A stretch of 64,000 bases of DNA from Anaeramoeba ignava BMAN (Eukaryota > Protista > Anaeramoebae): NCBI GenBank assembly GCA_028826165.1, contig JAPDFW010000125.1:620001-684000 (forward strand), read 5' to 3'. The position numbers were made by a program, and so were the translations under genes. Below, piece by piece: positions 23,599 through 37,639 of the stretch; position 1 is the first letter of the stretch; the number at the start of each line of letters is the position of its first letter. Below the pieces are notes generated by a model. That model was not told the DNA's origin. It was given only the letters and a program-made list of their open reading frames with translations, and did no database searches.

Positions 23599-23734
23599 AT
23601 TATATCAAAATAAAAAATAAAAATGAAAAAATTTTTAATTTGTTTTGTTTTTCTTTTTTAAAAATGAAAAAAAAAAGTTTTTGGAAAGTAAAAAAAAAAT
23701 CAATTGTTTTTGTTAAAACGAAACATGAATGTTT

Positions 23735-23765
<31 letters not shown>

Positions 23766-23882
23766 GTTGAAAAAAAGAATGAATTAAAAGTAGATTAAGA
23801 GTTTCCAATTGTTTTTTGAATTTAATTTTTGAATTTAATTTTTGATTTATTATTATTATTTTTTTTAAAAATTTTCTTTGTT

Positions 23883-26445
23883 TTATCTTTGTTTGTCTTC
23901 CATAATTGTGCTCACAATATTCATTTGGCTTTGTTTTCTTCTTTGTGCTTCTTCAACTCCTTTAATTGCTCTGATTTCATTGACAATATCGTGAGTTTTT
24001 CCAAAATAGATGATTTCTAATGCATTTCTAAGTTTTTGTTCCATATCTTCAATAATTTTTCCCATATTCACAATATGAGCATTTTCTTCTGTTACAGGGA
24101 AATCAGTTTCAGACTTTTTTTAATTTTAATTTTTAAATGAATTTTAATTTTAATTTTAATTTTAATTTTAATTTTAATTTTAATTTTAATTTTTAAATGA
24201 ATTTTAATTTTTAAATGAATTTTAATTTTAATTTTAATTTTAATTTTAATTTTAATTATAATTTTAATTTTAATTTTAATTATAATTTTAATTTTAATTT
24301 TTAATTATAATTTTTAAATTAATTTTAATTTAAATTTTAATTTTTAAATGAATTTTAATTTTAATTTTAATTTTAATTTTAATTATAATTTTAATTTTAA
24401 TTTTAATTTTAATTTTAATTTTAATTTTAATATTTTAATTTTTAATTTTAATTTTAATTTTTAATTATAATTTTTAAATTAATTTTAATTTAAATTTTAA
24501 TTTTTAAATGAATTTTAATTGAATTTTTTTACTTGTCTTGTTAAAGAACCACATAAATTAACTGAACCAGTATCTTTATTCTCTGTTGTCATTGAAAGCA
24601 TGACAGTTGATGTTAATTTATAATTTGCTGTTTTTCCCTTTTCATTAACTTCTACAACATGAATAGAATCCCAAACACCTTGAATAGGTCTTTTCTCATG
24701 TTGTTCTCCAACTTTATTAAAAAAAAATAAAAAAAAAATAATAAGAATAATTTTTTTTTAAAATAATTTCAATTAATTTTCAAAATGTATAAAAAATTAT
24801 TATTGAATTTATAAACCTTTTTTAATCAAAACACATGCAGCAAATCCATCATCAATATCCCAACAATAAACAGATGAAACTCCACCTTCATAATAACTAA
24901 TATTTTTTTTTTGAATTGATTTTTCAGTTTCAAATTTAAAATATTAAAAAAAAAATAAATACAGATCTCGATAAACATCAAATGCTTCATTTGCTTGAAC
25001 TTCAATTTCTCTTAATTTCTTAGAAGGAAGTGCTCCATCAGGTAATTTAGGATCATATTTATTAGACCATGGAGAACTAAAAAAAAGCAATTTGATAATT
25101 TAAAATGTTTTAAATAATTATATTTATATTTATATTTATATTTATATTTATATTTATATTTATATTTATATTTATATTTATATTTATATTTATATTTATA
25201 TTTATATTTAGATTTAGATTTATATTTATATTTGTATTTATATTTATATTTATATTTATATTTATAATTATATTTATATTTATATTAATATTTATATTTA
25301 TATTTATTTATATTTATATTTATATTTATATTTATATTTTATATTTATATTTATATTTTATATTTATATTTATATTTATATTTATATTTATATTTATATT
25401 TATATTTATATTAATATTTTAAATATTTATATTTATATTTATATTTATATTTATATTTTATATTTATATTTATATTTATATGTTTTATATTTATATTTTA
25501 TATTTATATTTATATTTATATTTATATTTATATTTATGCCTATTTATATTTTATGTTTATATTTATATTTATATTTATATTTTATTTTTTATTTATATTT
25601 TATGTTTTTATATTTATATTTGATGTTTATATTTTATATTTTATATTTATATTTATTTTTTTATTTTATATTTATATTTTATATTTATATTTATATTTAT
25701 ATTTATGTTTATATTTATTTATATTTATATTTATATTTATATTTATATTTATATTTATATTTATATTTATATTTATATTTATATTTATATTTATATTTAT
25801 ATTTATATTTATATTTATATTTATATTTATATTTATATTTATATTTATATTTTATATTTATATTTTGAATATTTATATTTGTATTTATATTTATATTTAT
25901 ATTTATATTTATATTTATAATTTTATTTATAATTGTATTTATATTTATATTTATATTTATATTTATATTTATATTTATAATATTTATATTTATATTTATA
26001 TTTATATTTATATTTATATTTAGATTTATATTTATATTTATATTTATATTTATATTTATATTTATATTTATATTTATATTTATATTTATATTTATATTTA
26101 TTCTCAAAATAATATTTCAGTAATTTTTCAGTTATAATTTGGTTATTCAATAATTCAATTTAATAAATAAAAAGAGAAAAAGCAAAAAAAAAATAGAAAT
26201 AAAAAAGTAAATTAAAATAAAATAAAATACCGATAAGAATCACCATCACGATTATAATCACAAAGTAAGTAATCTCTACCAAATTCTTTATCATGAGAAA
26301 CTTTAAGTGGTTGGTCAACTGCTGAAAGTAAATCTTCTGTTAAATCAGGAACCAAATCAATAAGTCCCGCTAAATTATCTTCAATATTTGTTGGTGGCAT
26401 TCTTCTCATTAAATCCAATGCACAATCAAGTTGATCATCGCCCAT
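23883..26445 (-). CDS. CAPZB: F-actin capping protein beta subunit (272 aa)
   Basis: Exons 26445-26231, 25076-24963, 24896-24817, 24711-24533, 24113-23883. [41 protein letters not shown]. Confidence 0.97.
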
Positions 26446-26737
26446 TTTAATTATGAAAAAAACGAAAAAAAAAATGAAAAAATAGAAAAAAAAATTTGTT
26501 TTTTCTTTTTTTTTTTTTAATTAAACTAAAAGGAGAAAAAAAAGAAATATTTCTCCTTTTTTTATTTATTTGTTTTTTTTTAATTAAAAATGTCAAAAAA
26601 TAAAATTATTTTTTCATTTTTATTTTTTTTCATTTTTTTTTCTTCATCATTTTTCTTAATTTCTTTTTTTCTTAATTTCTTTCTATTAATTTTTCTTAAT
26701 TTCTTTAATTTTTTTTTGTTCTTAATCAATTAATTAA

Positions 26738-29700
26738 ATGTCAGAAACATTTTCAGCATTGAAAAATCAAAAATGGGAACTTTATGTTATTTCCTTTCTC
26801 TTTTTAATTATTTTTTTTTGGTGTTTATATGAAATTTTTGCAAATTTTAAATTTCTTCAGTACTTTTATCACTAATTTCCAAATCAATTTCTAAATCAAT
26901 TTCTATTTCAATTTCTAAATCAATTTCTAAATTAATTTCTAAATCAATTTTTATTTCAATTTCTAAATCAATTTCTATTTCAATTTCTAAATCAATTTCT
27001 AAATCAATTTCTAAATCAATTTATTTCTATTTCTATTTCAATTTTTAAATCAATTTCTAAATCAATTTCCAAAACAAATTTAATTTCTAAATCAATTTCT
27101 AAATCAATTTCTAAATCAATTTCTAAATCAATTTCTAAATCAATTTCTATTTCAATTTCTAAATCAATTTCTAAATCAATTTCTAAATCAATTTCTAAAT
27201 CAATTTCTAAATCAATTTCTAAATCAATTTCTAAATCAATTTTTAAATCACTTTCTAAATCAATTTCTATTTCAATTTTTAAATCAATTTCTAAATTAAT
27301 TTCTAAATCAATTTCTATTTCAATTTTTAAATCAATTTTAATTTCAATTTTTAAATTAATTTCTAAATCAATTTCAATTTTTAAATTAATTTCTAAATCA
27401 ATTTCTAAATCAATTTCTATTTCAATTTCTATTTCAATTTCTAAATCAATTTCTAAATCAATTTCTAAATCAATTTCTAAATCAATTTCTATTTCAATTT
27501 CAAATTAATTTCTAAATCAATTTCTAAATCTATTTCTATTTCAATTTCTATTTCAATTTTTATTTCAATTTCTAATTCAATTTCTAAATCAATTTCTAAA
27601 TCAATTTCTAAATCAATTTCTAAATCAATTTCTAAATCAATTTCTAAATCAATTTCTAAATCAATTTCTAAATCAATTTCTAAATCAATTTTTAAATCAA
27701 TTTCTAAATTAATTTCTAAATCAATTTCTAAATCAATTTCTAAATCAATTTTTAAATCAATTTCTATTTCAATTTCTAAATCAATTTTAAATCAATTTCT
27801 AAATCAATTTCTAAATCAATTTCTAAATCAATTTTTAAATCAATTTTCATTCAATTTCTATTTCAATTTCTATTTCAATTTCTATTTCAATTTCTATTTC
27901 AATTTCTAAATCAATTTTTAAATCAATTTCTAAATCAATTTCTAAATCAATTTCTAAATCAATTTCTAAATCAATTTCTATTTCAATTTCTAAATTAATT
28001 TCTATTTCAATTTCAATTTCAATTTTTATTTCAATTTCTAAATCTATTTCTATTTCAATTTCTATTTCAATTTCTATTTCAATTTCTATTTCAATTTCTA
28101 AATTAATTTCTAAATTAATTTCTAAATCAATTTCTATTTCAATTTATTTCTATTTCAATTTCAATTTCTAAATCAATTTTTAAATCAATTTTTAAATCAA
28201 TTTCTAAATCAATTTCTAAATCAATTTTTAAATCAATTTTTAAATCAATTTCTAAATTAATTTCTAAATCAATTTCTATTTCAATTTCTATTTCAATTTC
28301 TAAATCAATTTCTAAATTAATTTCTAAATCAATTTCTAAATCAATTTCTATTTCAATTTTAAATCAATTTATTTCTATTTCAATTTCTATTTCAATTTTT
28401 AAATCAATTTTTAAATCAATTTCTAAATTAATTTCTATTTCAATTTCTATTTCAATTTCTATTTCAATTTTTAAATCAATTTCTATTTCAATTTCTAAAT
28501 TAATTTCTATTTCAATTTTTAATTCAATTTCTATTTCAATTTTTAAATCAATTTCTATTTCAATTTTTAAATCAATTTCTATTTCAATTTCAATTTCAAT
28601 TTCTAAATTAATTTTTAAATCAATTTCTATTTCAATTTCTAAATCAATTTCTAAATCAATTTCTAAATCAATTTCTATTTCAATTTTTATTTCAATTTTT
28701 AAATCAATTTTTATTTCAATTTCAATTTCAATTTCTAAATCAATTTTTAAATCAATTTCTATTTCAATTTCTAAATCAATTTCTATTTCAATTTCTATTT
28801 CAATTTTAAATCAATTTCTATTTCAATTTCTATTTCAATTTCTATTTCAATTTTTAATTCAATTTCTATTTCAATTTTTAAATCAATTTCTATTTCAATT
28901 TCTAAATCAATTTCTAAATCAATTTTTAAATTAATTTCTAAATCAATTTCTAAATCAATTTCAATTTCAATTTCAATTTCTAAATCAATTTCTAAATCAA
29001 TTTTTAAATCAATTTCTATTTCAATTTCTAAATCAATTTCTAAATCAATTTCTATTTCAATTTCTAAATTAATTTCTAAATCAATTTCAATTTCAATTTC
29101 TAAATCAATTTCTAAATCAATTTCTAAATCAATTTCTAAATCAATTTCTAAATCAATTTTTAAATCAATTTTTAAATCAATTTTTAAATCAATTTCTAAA
29201 TCAATTTCTAAATCAATTTCTAAATCAATTTCTAAATCAATTTCTAAATCAATTTCTAAATCAATTTCTAAATCAATTTCTAAATCAATTTTTAAATCAA
29301 TTTTTAAATCAATTTTTAAATCAATTTCTAAATTAATTTCTATTTCAAATTTTCTGAAAAAAATAATAGAATGAAAATTGAAAGAACACAGAAACTTACT
29401 CGTTATCGTGTTATTATTTTTATAATTACTGGTGCTTTTTCATTTTTACGTTTTTTAATATTTTTCTTTAATATACCTTTATCGAATTCCTTTACTTTAC
29501 CTTTTTTTTATTTTGCATTTCCACTTTATCTTCAATTTTGCATGTAAATAGGATAAAATTCATTTGAAAATTAAAATTAAAATTAGAATTAGAATTAAAA
29601 TTAAAATTAAAATTAAAATTCATTTGAAAATTGAAATTAAAATTAAAATTAAAATTAAAATTAAAATTAAAATTAAAATTAAAATTAAAATCAAAATTCA

Positions 29701-30556
29701 TTTGAAAATTAATATTTAAAATTTTAAAATTAAAATCAAAATTCATTTGAAAATTAATATTTAAAATTTTAAAATTAAAATTAAAAGATTTGGAATCTTT
29801 GTTCTCTTACTTTCAAGTGTTACTTTCCGATTCCAAAAAAAAAAACAATATCACAAATGGATCCAAATTTCTATAATCACAATTTTAACACTTGCGTTAC
29901 TATCACAAATCATAACATGCGCAATTTTTGAAAATTATACAGATGAAAAATTTGCATGGATTGGAATTGTTTATGGATTTCTTGCAGTTTTAATTCCAAT
30001 AATCAGTTTCCGATTTTTAGCAATAATTCAAGAATTCCAACGAAGTCACACAAACAAAACATCACTTAGAATCAAACTAGTTTTTGCTTTAATTGGAACA
30101 TACTCTTTAATTTTCTTAATTCGAGCAATTTGGGACATTCTCACTTTGGCTCAAAAAAACACACTTAACGACAAAATAATTGATGAAGAAAACAAAACAA
30201 AAGATTCCTTTTTCGTTTCTTTTCTTTTTTGGTATTTATTCTTTGAAATACTTCCTTGCGTGATTCTTGGCATTACTCTTCATATAAACGTTAAAAAGGA
30301 AACTCGAATGATAAATCAGCAATTATTTGATGCTGAAATGTTCTTCTTACTTTCTCCTCATCCTAAAAATATCCCCCAACAACCTCAAGAAAACACAGTT
30401 AGTGATTATTCAGATTCAGATCTTAAGCTCTTAAATAATACTCAAGTTCCTCGATTTAAGGATTCTTCTCGTGGAATTGGTGATTTACGTTATAGTTTTA
30501 ATTTGCTTTGGAAAGAATCTCAAAATCTGGATCTTTCTGATCAAGATGATGTGTAG
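26738..30556 (+). CDS. Multi-pass membrane protein, GPR137/TOM1(THH1)-like (354 aa)
   Basis: Exons 26738-26859, 29370-29543, 29788-30556 (1065 nt). About 7 hydrophobic segments; motifs FPLYLQF, FLIRAIWD, FEILP. Confidence 0.7.
26875..29345 (+). repeat. Intronic (AAATCAATTTCT)n 12-mer array, ~2.5 kb
   Basis: Fills intron 26860-29369, with variants ATTTCAATTTCT and AAATCAATTTTT. Confidence 0.95.
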
Positions 30557-30747
30557 ATTTTGCTTTTTTTGTTTTGCTTTCTTCATTTTTCTTTTTAAAA
30601 CAAAAAAAATTCAATGAAAACAATTTTAGAAAACGAAATTTTATTTGCTTTTTTTCTTAATTTTTCTTTTAAAATTATTTGCTTTTTTCTTAACTTAATT
30701 TTTATTGTTTAAATTTGGTTGTTTAAAAAAAAAAAAAACAAAAACAA

Positions 30748-33704
30748 TCATTTTTGAAAAGGTTCAATTTTTGTTGATAATTTCCATTGTTCATCCTCAT
30801 TGGAAATTATCGTTTCTTTTGCTAAAGAATCCCAAATATCAGTTTGATAAGAAAAATCATAAGCAAAAGATTGGAAATATTGAATCTTTTTGATTGTAAC
30901 AAATAACCTTCTCTTTTTAGCCCAATTAATCAAACCATTTCCAAGAAAATTAGCAAGTTCTTCAATAATTGTCAAATCAGAAAGATATAAACCAAGGAAA
31001 GGAACTAAAGGAGGAGCGCCATCTTCAAAGGCTTCTCTTAATTTTTTCGAACCACCAATAGCACCAGTTAAATCATCCAATTCTTGATAAATTTGAGAAA
31101 TTTGTTCAGGTAATTTATTCCAAGTTTTCGACAATCTGTGAACAGCTGAGCTTTGAATTCCGCCCAAAAATGCCATCAAATCATTGAAGTTTTGGAACGA
31201 ACGAAGAGAAGCTGCAATTTGAATTATTCTTGACAGCAATTTAGCTCTTTTTGACAAGTTGTTTGTTTTCAATATTTTAGTTGCAACCCAATCGGAAATA
31301 AGATTGAATCTCTGGATCATTTGGATCACATTTGGGGCTTGTTTTTCCCGATTTTTTTGGGTCCAAACACCGTCAAAAAGCTCTCTATTTTGGATCTTAA
31401 AAAAAAGCTGTTGAGCACTATAACTTAATCTTTGTGCAATTTCCTTATCGGATAAATCAAAGATATTCATCTTTGTTGGAGGTAAAAGAAGCTTGTTTAA
31501 TTTCTGCTTTCTTGATGACAAACTTTTTCCGATAAATTCCTTGATGATATCTGTAATTGTGATTATTTCTTGATCTGCATTTTCATAGTCGATTTGTTCG
31601 CAAAACTCAAAAATCATTGATTTTGCTGTTTGAGAAATGTTGTGTGAATTTGTTTCTGAAATGAAATGAAATGTTTTCAAAACGCATTTTTGGATTTGAA
31701 ATACTTCTGAATCTGTGTATTCTTCTTGCGTCTTTGGCTTAGTATCTGGAACATTAAAAATTTGGATTAATTTTTGAATGAAAATTATTGGATCAACAAT
31801 TGTTGGCAAAACTTCCACAAATAATTCGACAAATATTGGCGAAAAATCCAAAGGACTCGCCAGAAGTTGAATTGATTTATTCAAACTTGCAGCTCTGATT
31901 TTTTCAATTGTTTTAGGATAATCATCATCATTATCATCATCATCATCATCATTATCATTATCTTTATCTTTATCATTTTTTTTATTCTTTTCTCGTTGTT
32001 TTTTTTCGAATTGATACATAAAATAAACAAAACTAAAATCGTTATCTTTTTTCATTTTCTCGTTTTCATTTGTTGTGTTTTCATCATTTTCCCAAATGAT
32101 ATTGTCTTTTTCATTTTGTAATTCTTCCCAAATATCAGATTCAATTGAAATGACTTTTGATGATTGAATTTTTTTTCTTTGTCTTTGTGATTTGGATCGG
32201 TTTCTTAAAGAAATATCGACTTGATGTTTGACCTGAACAAGTTTCAAATAAGAATTGGGTTTAACTCCTTGACTTTGGAGTGATAAATTGCTTTTTAAAT
32301 TTGTCAATTCTTCCACATTATCTTTATCATATAATTCTTTTTTCTTTTTTTTCTTTTTGAATTCAACTAAAAGTAATGAATAACTAACTGGTTTGTTATT
32401 TCTTATTTTGGGAAGTTCTAAAAATCTACAAAATTCTTCAACTAAAATATCACAAGCGATTGTTAAATCAATCATTAAATCAATTTCTTTAAGGGGATAT
32501 CTAGTTCTCATATCAGAAACTGAGAGTATTTCTGGATAAATGAGAGTAAAATGAGAAGGTTTAGGTTGGAAAGTGAACCAAGTGTATCCATTTACCTAAT
32601 ATAAAATTTAAAATTTAAATATAAATATAAATATTTAAAATATAAAATATAATTATAAATATAAATATAAATATAAAATATAAATTTAAATATAAATATA
32701 AATATAAATATAAATATAAATATAAATATAAATATAAATATAAATATAAATATAATTATAAATATAAATATTTGAAATATAAATATAAATATAAATATAA
32801 ATATAAATATAAATATAAATATTATAAATATTATAAATATTATAAATATAAATAATATAAATATAAATATTATAAATATAAATATTATAAATATAAATAT
32901 TATAAATATAAATATAAATATAAATATTATAAATATAAATATAAATATAAATATAAATATAAATATAAATATAATTATAATTATAAATATAAATATAAAT
33001 ATAAATATTTTATATTTGGAAATTATTACAAAAATGGTTTGGAAAAAATAAGAAAGTAAAGTCCTTTTATAACCAGGCTCAAGCCAAATACCAAAACCAT
33101 AAGTGGATCTCAAAAGATGATTCAAAGCTTTCATATCACTAGCCTTTTCACTCAAAGGAAGAAAAGTAGCTTGTTTTTGATTGATTTGATCAGTAACATC
33201 TTTTTTAGGACTATAATGAATAAATAAACCATAATCATCCATAGAAACATTTCTATCTTGACAAATCTGTTTAAGAACATAAGCAACACTTGAATTACAA
33301 GGAAACATGATTACATCATCTCCTGGTTCATGAAGATTTTGCGAAATTATAATCGCAATATCTTTTTTGGAAACTTCAATTATTCTTAAATATCGATCAT
33401 AATATTTATTGATTGGTTGATTTTTTTCTAATATTTTCGCGTCAAAATGTATCCCAATATGCTCGTTTTCTTCTAGTTCATTCATCTTCATTTTTGTTGC
33501 GTAAATTTCGTTCTTTTTCACTTCTTCTTCTGAATTTCCAAATAGAAATTTTAATATTTCATTGTTCGTCGTTGTTTTTGGATTGCAAACTATTTTGTGC
33601 ATTTCGTTATTTTGATCGAAAATTGTAATCGTTTTTAATTGTTTTGGTAGTTCTTTTGTATCAACTTCATTTTCAAATTGAATTGTGTTTAATATTGTAC
33701 TCAT
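30748..33704 (-). CDS. RasGEF (REM + CDC25) with N-terminal ubiquitin-like/talin F0-F1-like domains (840 aa)
   Basis: Exons 33704-33030, 32595-30748. IRAASLNKSI (REM), RFNLISDWVATKIL, NFNDLMA, RLSKTW, VPFLGLYLSDL, LINWAK. Confidence 0.92.
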
Positions 33705-34076
33705 TTTTATTTGTTTGTTTTACTCGTTATTTTATTTATTTTTTTTTTATTTTTGTTTGAAAAAAAAATTATTGAAAAAGAAAAAAGAAAAAGAAAAATG
33801 AAAAATCAAAAAAAGCAAAAAAAAAATTTTTTTTCTTTCTTTTTTCTTTTTAGTTTTTTTTTTTTTTTTAATTTTCTTAATTGATTATTTTTTCGCATTT
33901 CTTTTTCTTTTGATCAAAATTAAATTAAGTAAAATTAAATTTTAAATTTTAAATTTCTTATTTATTTATTTATTAAAATTGATTTGTTTTATTTTCTTTT
34001 AATTTGTTTTAAAAAAAATTTTTTATTATTGATTTCCTTTTTTAAATCTTAATTAATTAATTAATTAGTTAATTAT

Positions 34077-35324
34077 TTATTTGATAAAATTTGGATCAAG
34101 CATTGAACCAAAAAGAAGATTCTTTGCAATTTCATAACGAGCAATATTTGAAATAGTTTTTGAAATTTCTTCAACTCTTTTAGAAACAATTAATTTTCTA
34201 ATTGGATAAGAATAAAAAGAATTTTCAATTGATTCAATTTCTTCTTTTTTAAAAGAATTATTTGATTTTTCTTTTTTTGATTTCATTCTATAATCAGCAT
34301 GATATAAAAATTTTTGAGCTTTATTTGAAAAATTAAGTAATTCATCTAAACCGTCTCTAACAAGACTTAATGATTTTTGAACAAATTTCTCTGAGTTAAT
34401 ATTCACTAAATTGTTTGGAATAAAGTTTTCTGGTGATAATGAATTTAGAAACATTTTTGTAAGTGTAGAATGAGTAATTTCAATAGGAATTTCTTGATAA
34501 ATCTTTGATAAAGGCATTTTTGAATAAGAAAGTCTTTTAAAATTGAAATTATAAATTAAAATTAAAAATTAAAATTGAAATTAAAATTAAAATTATAAAT
34601 GAAATTAAAATTATAAATGAAATTAAAATTCATTTTGAAATTAAAATTATAAATGAAATTAAAATTATAAATCAAATTAAAATTAAAATTAAAATTAAAA
34701 TTAAAATTAAAATTAAAATTGAAATTATAAATGAAATTAAAATTAAAATTCATTTTGAAATTAAAATTAAAATTAAAATTAAAATTCATTTTGAAATTCA
34801 TTTTGAAATTCATTTTGAAATTAAAATTAAAAAATTTACATTCTTTCATTAAATTTTAATGAACCTTTCATTCCCCAATATTTAACAAATTTTGGTAAAA
34901 GTCTATAAGCTTTAAAAACACTTGGACCCCAAAATGAAGAAATAGGATCATAAGTAAGAAAAACAAAATTTGGATTTTGAACTTGAGAATTTAAATGATT
35001 TTCAAGAATTTCATCAGAAAAAAATGAACCAAATTGAGAAGTAGTATATAAACCAACAATATCTGAATCAAAATTTAATTGAAACAAACTTTTCTGAAAT
35101 TTTTCTAATTCTCGATTTTCAGTTTGATTTGAATTGAATTCTGAAACTTGTGCTTTAAAATTTTGAATATAAGGATGTGAATTTGTAATTTCTAATGTGT
35201 TTTTTTGTTCTAATCCAAATAAAATTCCTGATGATGATTCTTTCTTATCTAAATGACAATGTTGAATAATTTTCATAATTGTCATTGCATTAATTTTAAT
35301 AATTTCTATATTAGAATTTTCCAT
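34077..35324 (-). CDS. EIF3H: eIF3 subunit H-like MPN-domain protein (313 aa)
   Basis: Exons 35324-34840, 34533-34077. IMKIIQHC, GILFGL, LEITNSHP, VGLY, YDP..S..G...KAYRL, EIPIEI. Confidence 0.8.
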
Positions 35325-35676
35325 TATTTTTAAAAGAAAAAAGAAAAATGAAAAATGAAAAATGAAAAATGAAAAAAAAAATTTTTTTAATTTAAATTTA
35401 AAAATGAATTTTAATTAAAATTGGTTTTTTGTTTGTTTTTTTGATTTATTTGATTGATTATCTAAATGAAAAAAAAATTTGATTTTGTTTTTGAAATTCT
35501 TTTTATGAGAAAAAAAAAAAGGTTTTCTTTTTAGAAAAAGAAAAAAAGAAGAAAAAAAGAAAGAAATGAAAATTGAATGGAAATCAAAACTTTAAAAGTG
35601 AACCAAATGAAACCAAAAGGAAATTAACTTGAAAAATGTAATTTAAAAGAAATGAAATTTAAATGAATTATTTTCT

Positions 35677-37434
35677 TTAATAAATTCTGAAACTTGGAGA
35701 CATTGTTGTTTTAATATGAATTGATTTAACGTTTTGCCAATTTTTCTTAAGAAGTGAAACAAAGAAATTTATTGCTGTTGTCATATTTGCTTTTAAATGA
35801 TCTGGTGTAGTTTTGATATTTCCAATTGCTGTGTGAATATTAATTGATTTTTTTAATTGAAAACTGACTGTTGAATTTAATTCTTTGATTTTTTCTTCAA
35901 TTGAATCTGTGTGTTTGATTAAAATGGGAAATTTTCCTTGTTTGTTTAAAACTGGACCAATAATACGTGTGACTCTTTTAAGTAATGTATCACTTGCAAA
36001 GAAAGCATCATATTTTTTTGCTATTCAATTTTAATTTTCAAATGAATTTAAATTTTAATTTCATTTATAATTTTAATTTTAAATTTTAATTTTAATTTTA
36101 ATTTTAATTTTAATTTTAATTTTAATTTTAATTTTAATTTTAATTTTAATTTTTAATTTTATATTTAATTTTAATTTTAATTTTAATTTTAATTTTAATT
36201 TTAATTTTAATTTTAATTTTAATTTTAATTTTAATTTTAATTTTAATTATAATTTTAATTTTAAATTTTAATTTTAATTTTAATTTTAATTTTAATTTTA
36301 ATTTTAATTTTAATTTTAATTTTAATTTTAATTTTAATTTTAATTTTAATTTTAATTTTAATTTTAATTTTAAATTTTAATTTTAATTTTAATTTTAATT
36401 TTAATTTTAATTTTAATTTTAATTTTAATTTTAATTTTAATTTTAATTTTATTTTAATTTTATTTTTAATTTTTAATTTTATTTTTAATTTTAATTTTAA
36501 TTTTAATTTTAATTTTAATTTCAAAATAAATTACACCATTTTTTAATTTCTTTATCTTTTTTCATAAATCCTTTAACACCTTCGAAATCAATATAATCTA
36601 ATTTCATTTCTTTAGCAACATCAATATGAGCAGCATCACCAATAATACATACTCTAATACTTGGTCTAATTGGATGAGGTACTTTGGTTGTTCCTGCAAA
36701 TCTTTTATCTTTTTTTGGATCGTAAAATTTCAAAGTAAATTGTAATTCAACAGTTTCAACAAAATTTCTTTTCTTTGCTTTGGCTGATTGAAGCATTGAA
36801 CTGATTGATTTTGTAAGTTTATCTGGGTTGAGTTTGCTGTTATTATTTTTAAAAGTTTTGACATTGATGTTAATTGAATTCAAATCAGCCATTGACAATT
36901 ATTATTTGACAATTATTATTATTTGACAATTATTATATATTTTATTTATAATTTTATTTATAATTTTATTTATAATTTTATTTATAATTTAATTTATAAT
37001 TTTATTTGGAATTTAATTTATAATTATATTTATAATTTTATTTATAATTTTATTTATAATTTTATTTATAATTTTATTTAATTTTATTTATAATTTAATT
37101 TATAATTTAATTTATAATTTAATTTATAATTTAATTTATAATTTAATTTATAATTTAATTTATATTTTTAATTTATAATTTAATTTATAATTTTATTTAT
37201 AATTTAATTTATAATTTTATTTATAATTTTATTTATAATTTAATTTATAATTTAATTTATAATTTTATTTATAATTTAATTTATAATTTAATTTATAATT
37301 TTATTTATAATTTAATTTATAATTTTATTTATAATTTAATTTATAATTTTAATTTTGTGTGTGTTTTCAAATTGGTTTTATTTGGAATTAAATTTATTTT
37401 GAAAAAATTTTTTTTTTGATTTAACATACGACAT
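35677..37434 (-). CDS. RPL10A: 60S ribosomal protein uL1 (L10a), 216 aa
   Basis: Exons 37434-37430 (ATGTC), 36836-36535, 36020-35677. KKRNFVETVELQ, YDPKKDKRF, KKYDAF, KNWQNV. Confidence 0.97.
36025..36520. repeat. Intronic (TTTTAA)n microsatellite
   Basis: RPL10A intron 2. Similar tracts at 19860-20055, 24120-24520, 38160-39030, 49400-49945 and between the RCC1-BTB genes. Confidence 0.95.
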
Positions 37435-37639
37435 TTCTTTTTCTTTTTATTATTATTTTTTTTGTGTAAATTTTTTTATAAAGAAAATGAAAAAAATGAA
37501 AAAAAAAACAAAAAGAAAAAAAATTTTTTTTTTAATTTTTTTTTAAAAGGAGAAAAAATAAAAATAAAAAATAAAAAGGAGAAAATTTCTTTTTTCATTT
37601 TTTTTCATTTATTTTATTATTTTATTAAAAAAAAAAGAA

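Noticed and set aside
26875-29345. Interstitial telomere or mobile element
   Set aside because: No G-rich telomeric motif, terminal repeats or ORF; it lies wholly within a GT-AG intron whose flanking exons join in frame.
36840-36935. Intronic snoRNA in RPL10A intron 1
   Set aside because: The patch is non-repetitive and has a CTGA, but I found no convincing C box, terminal stem or H/ACA structure.
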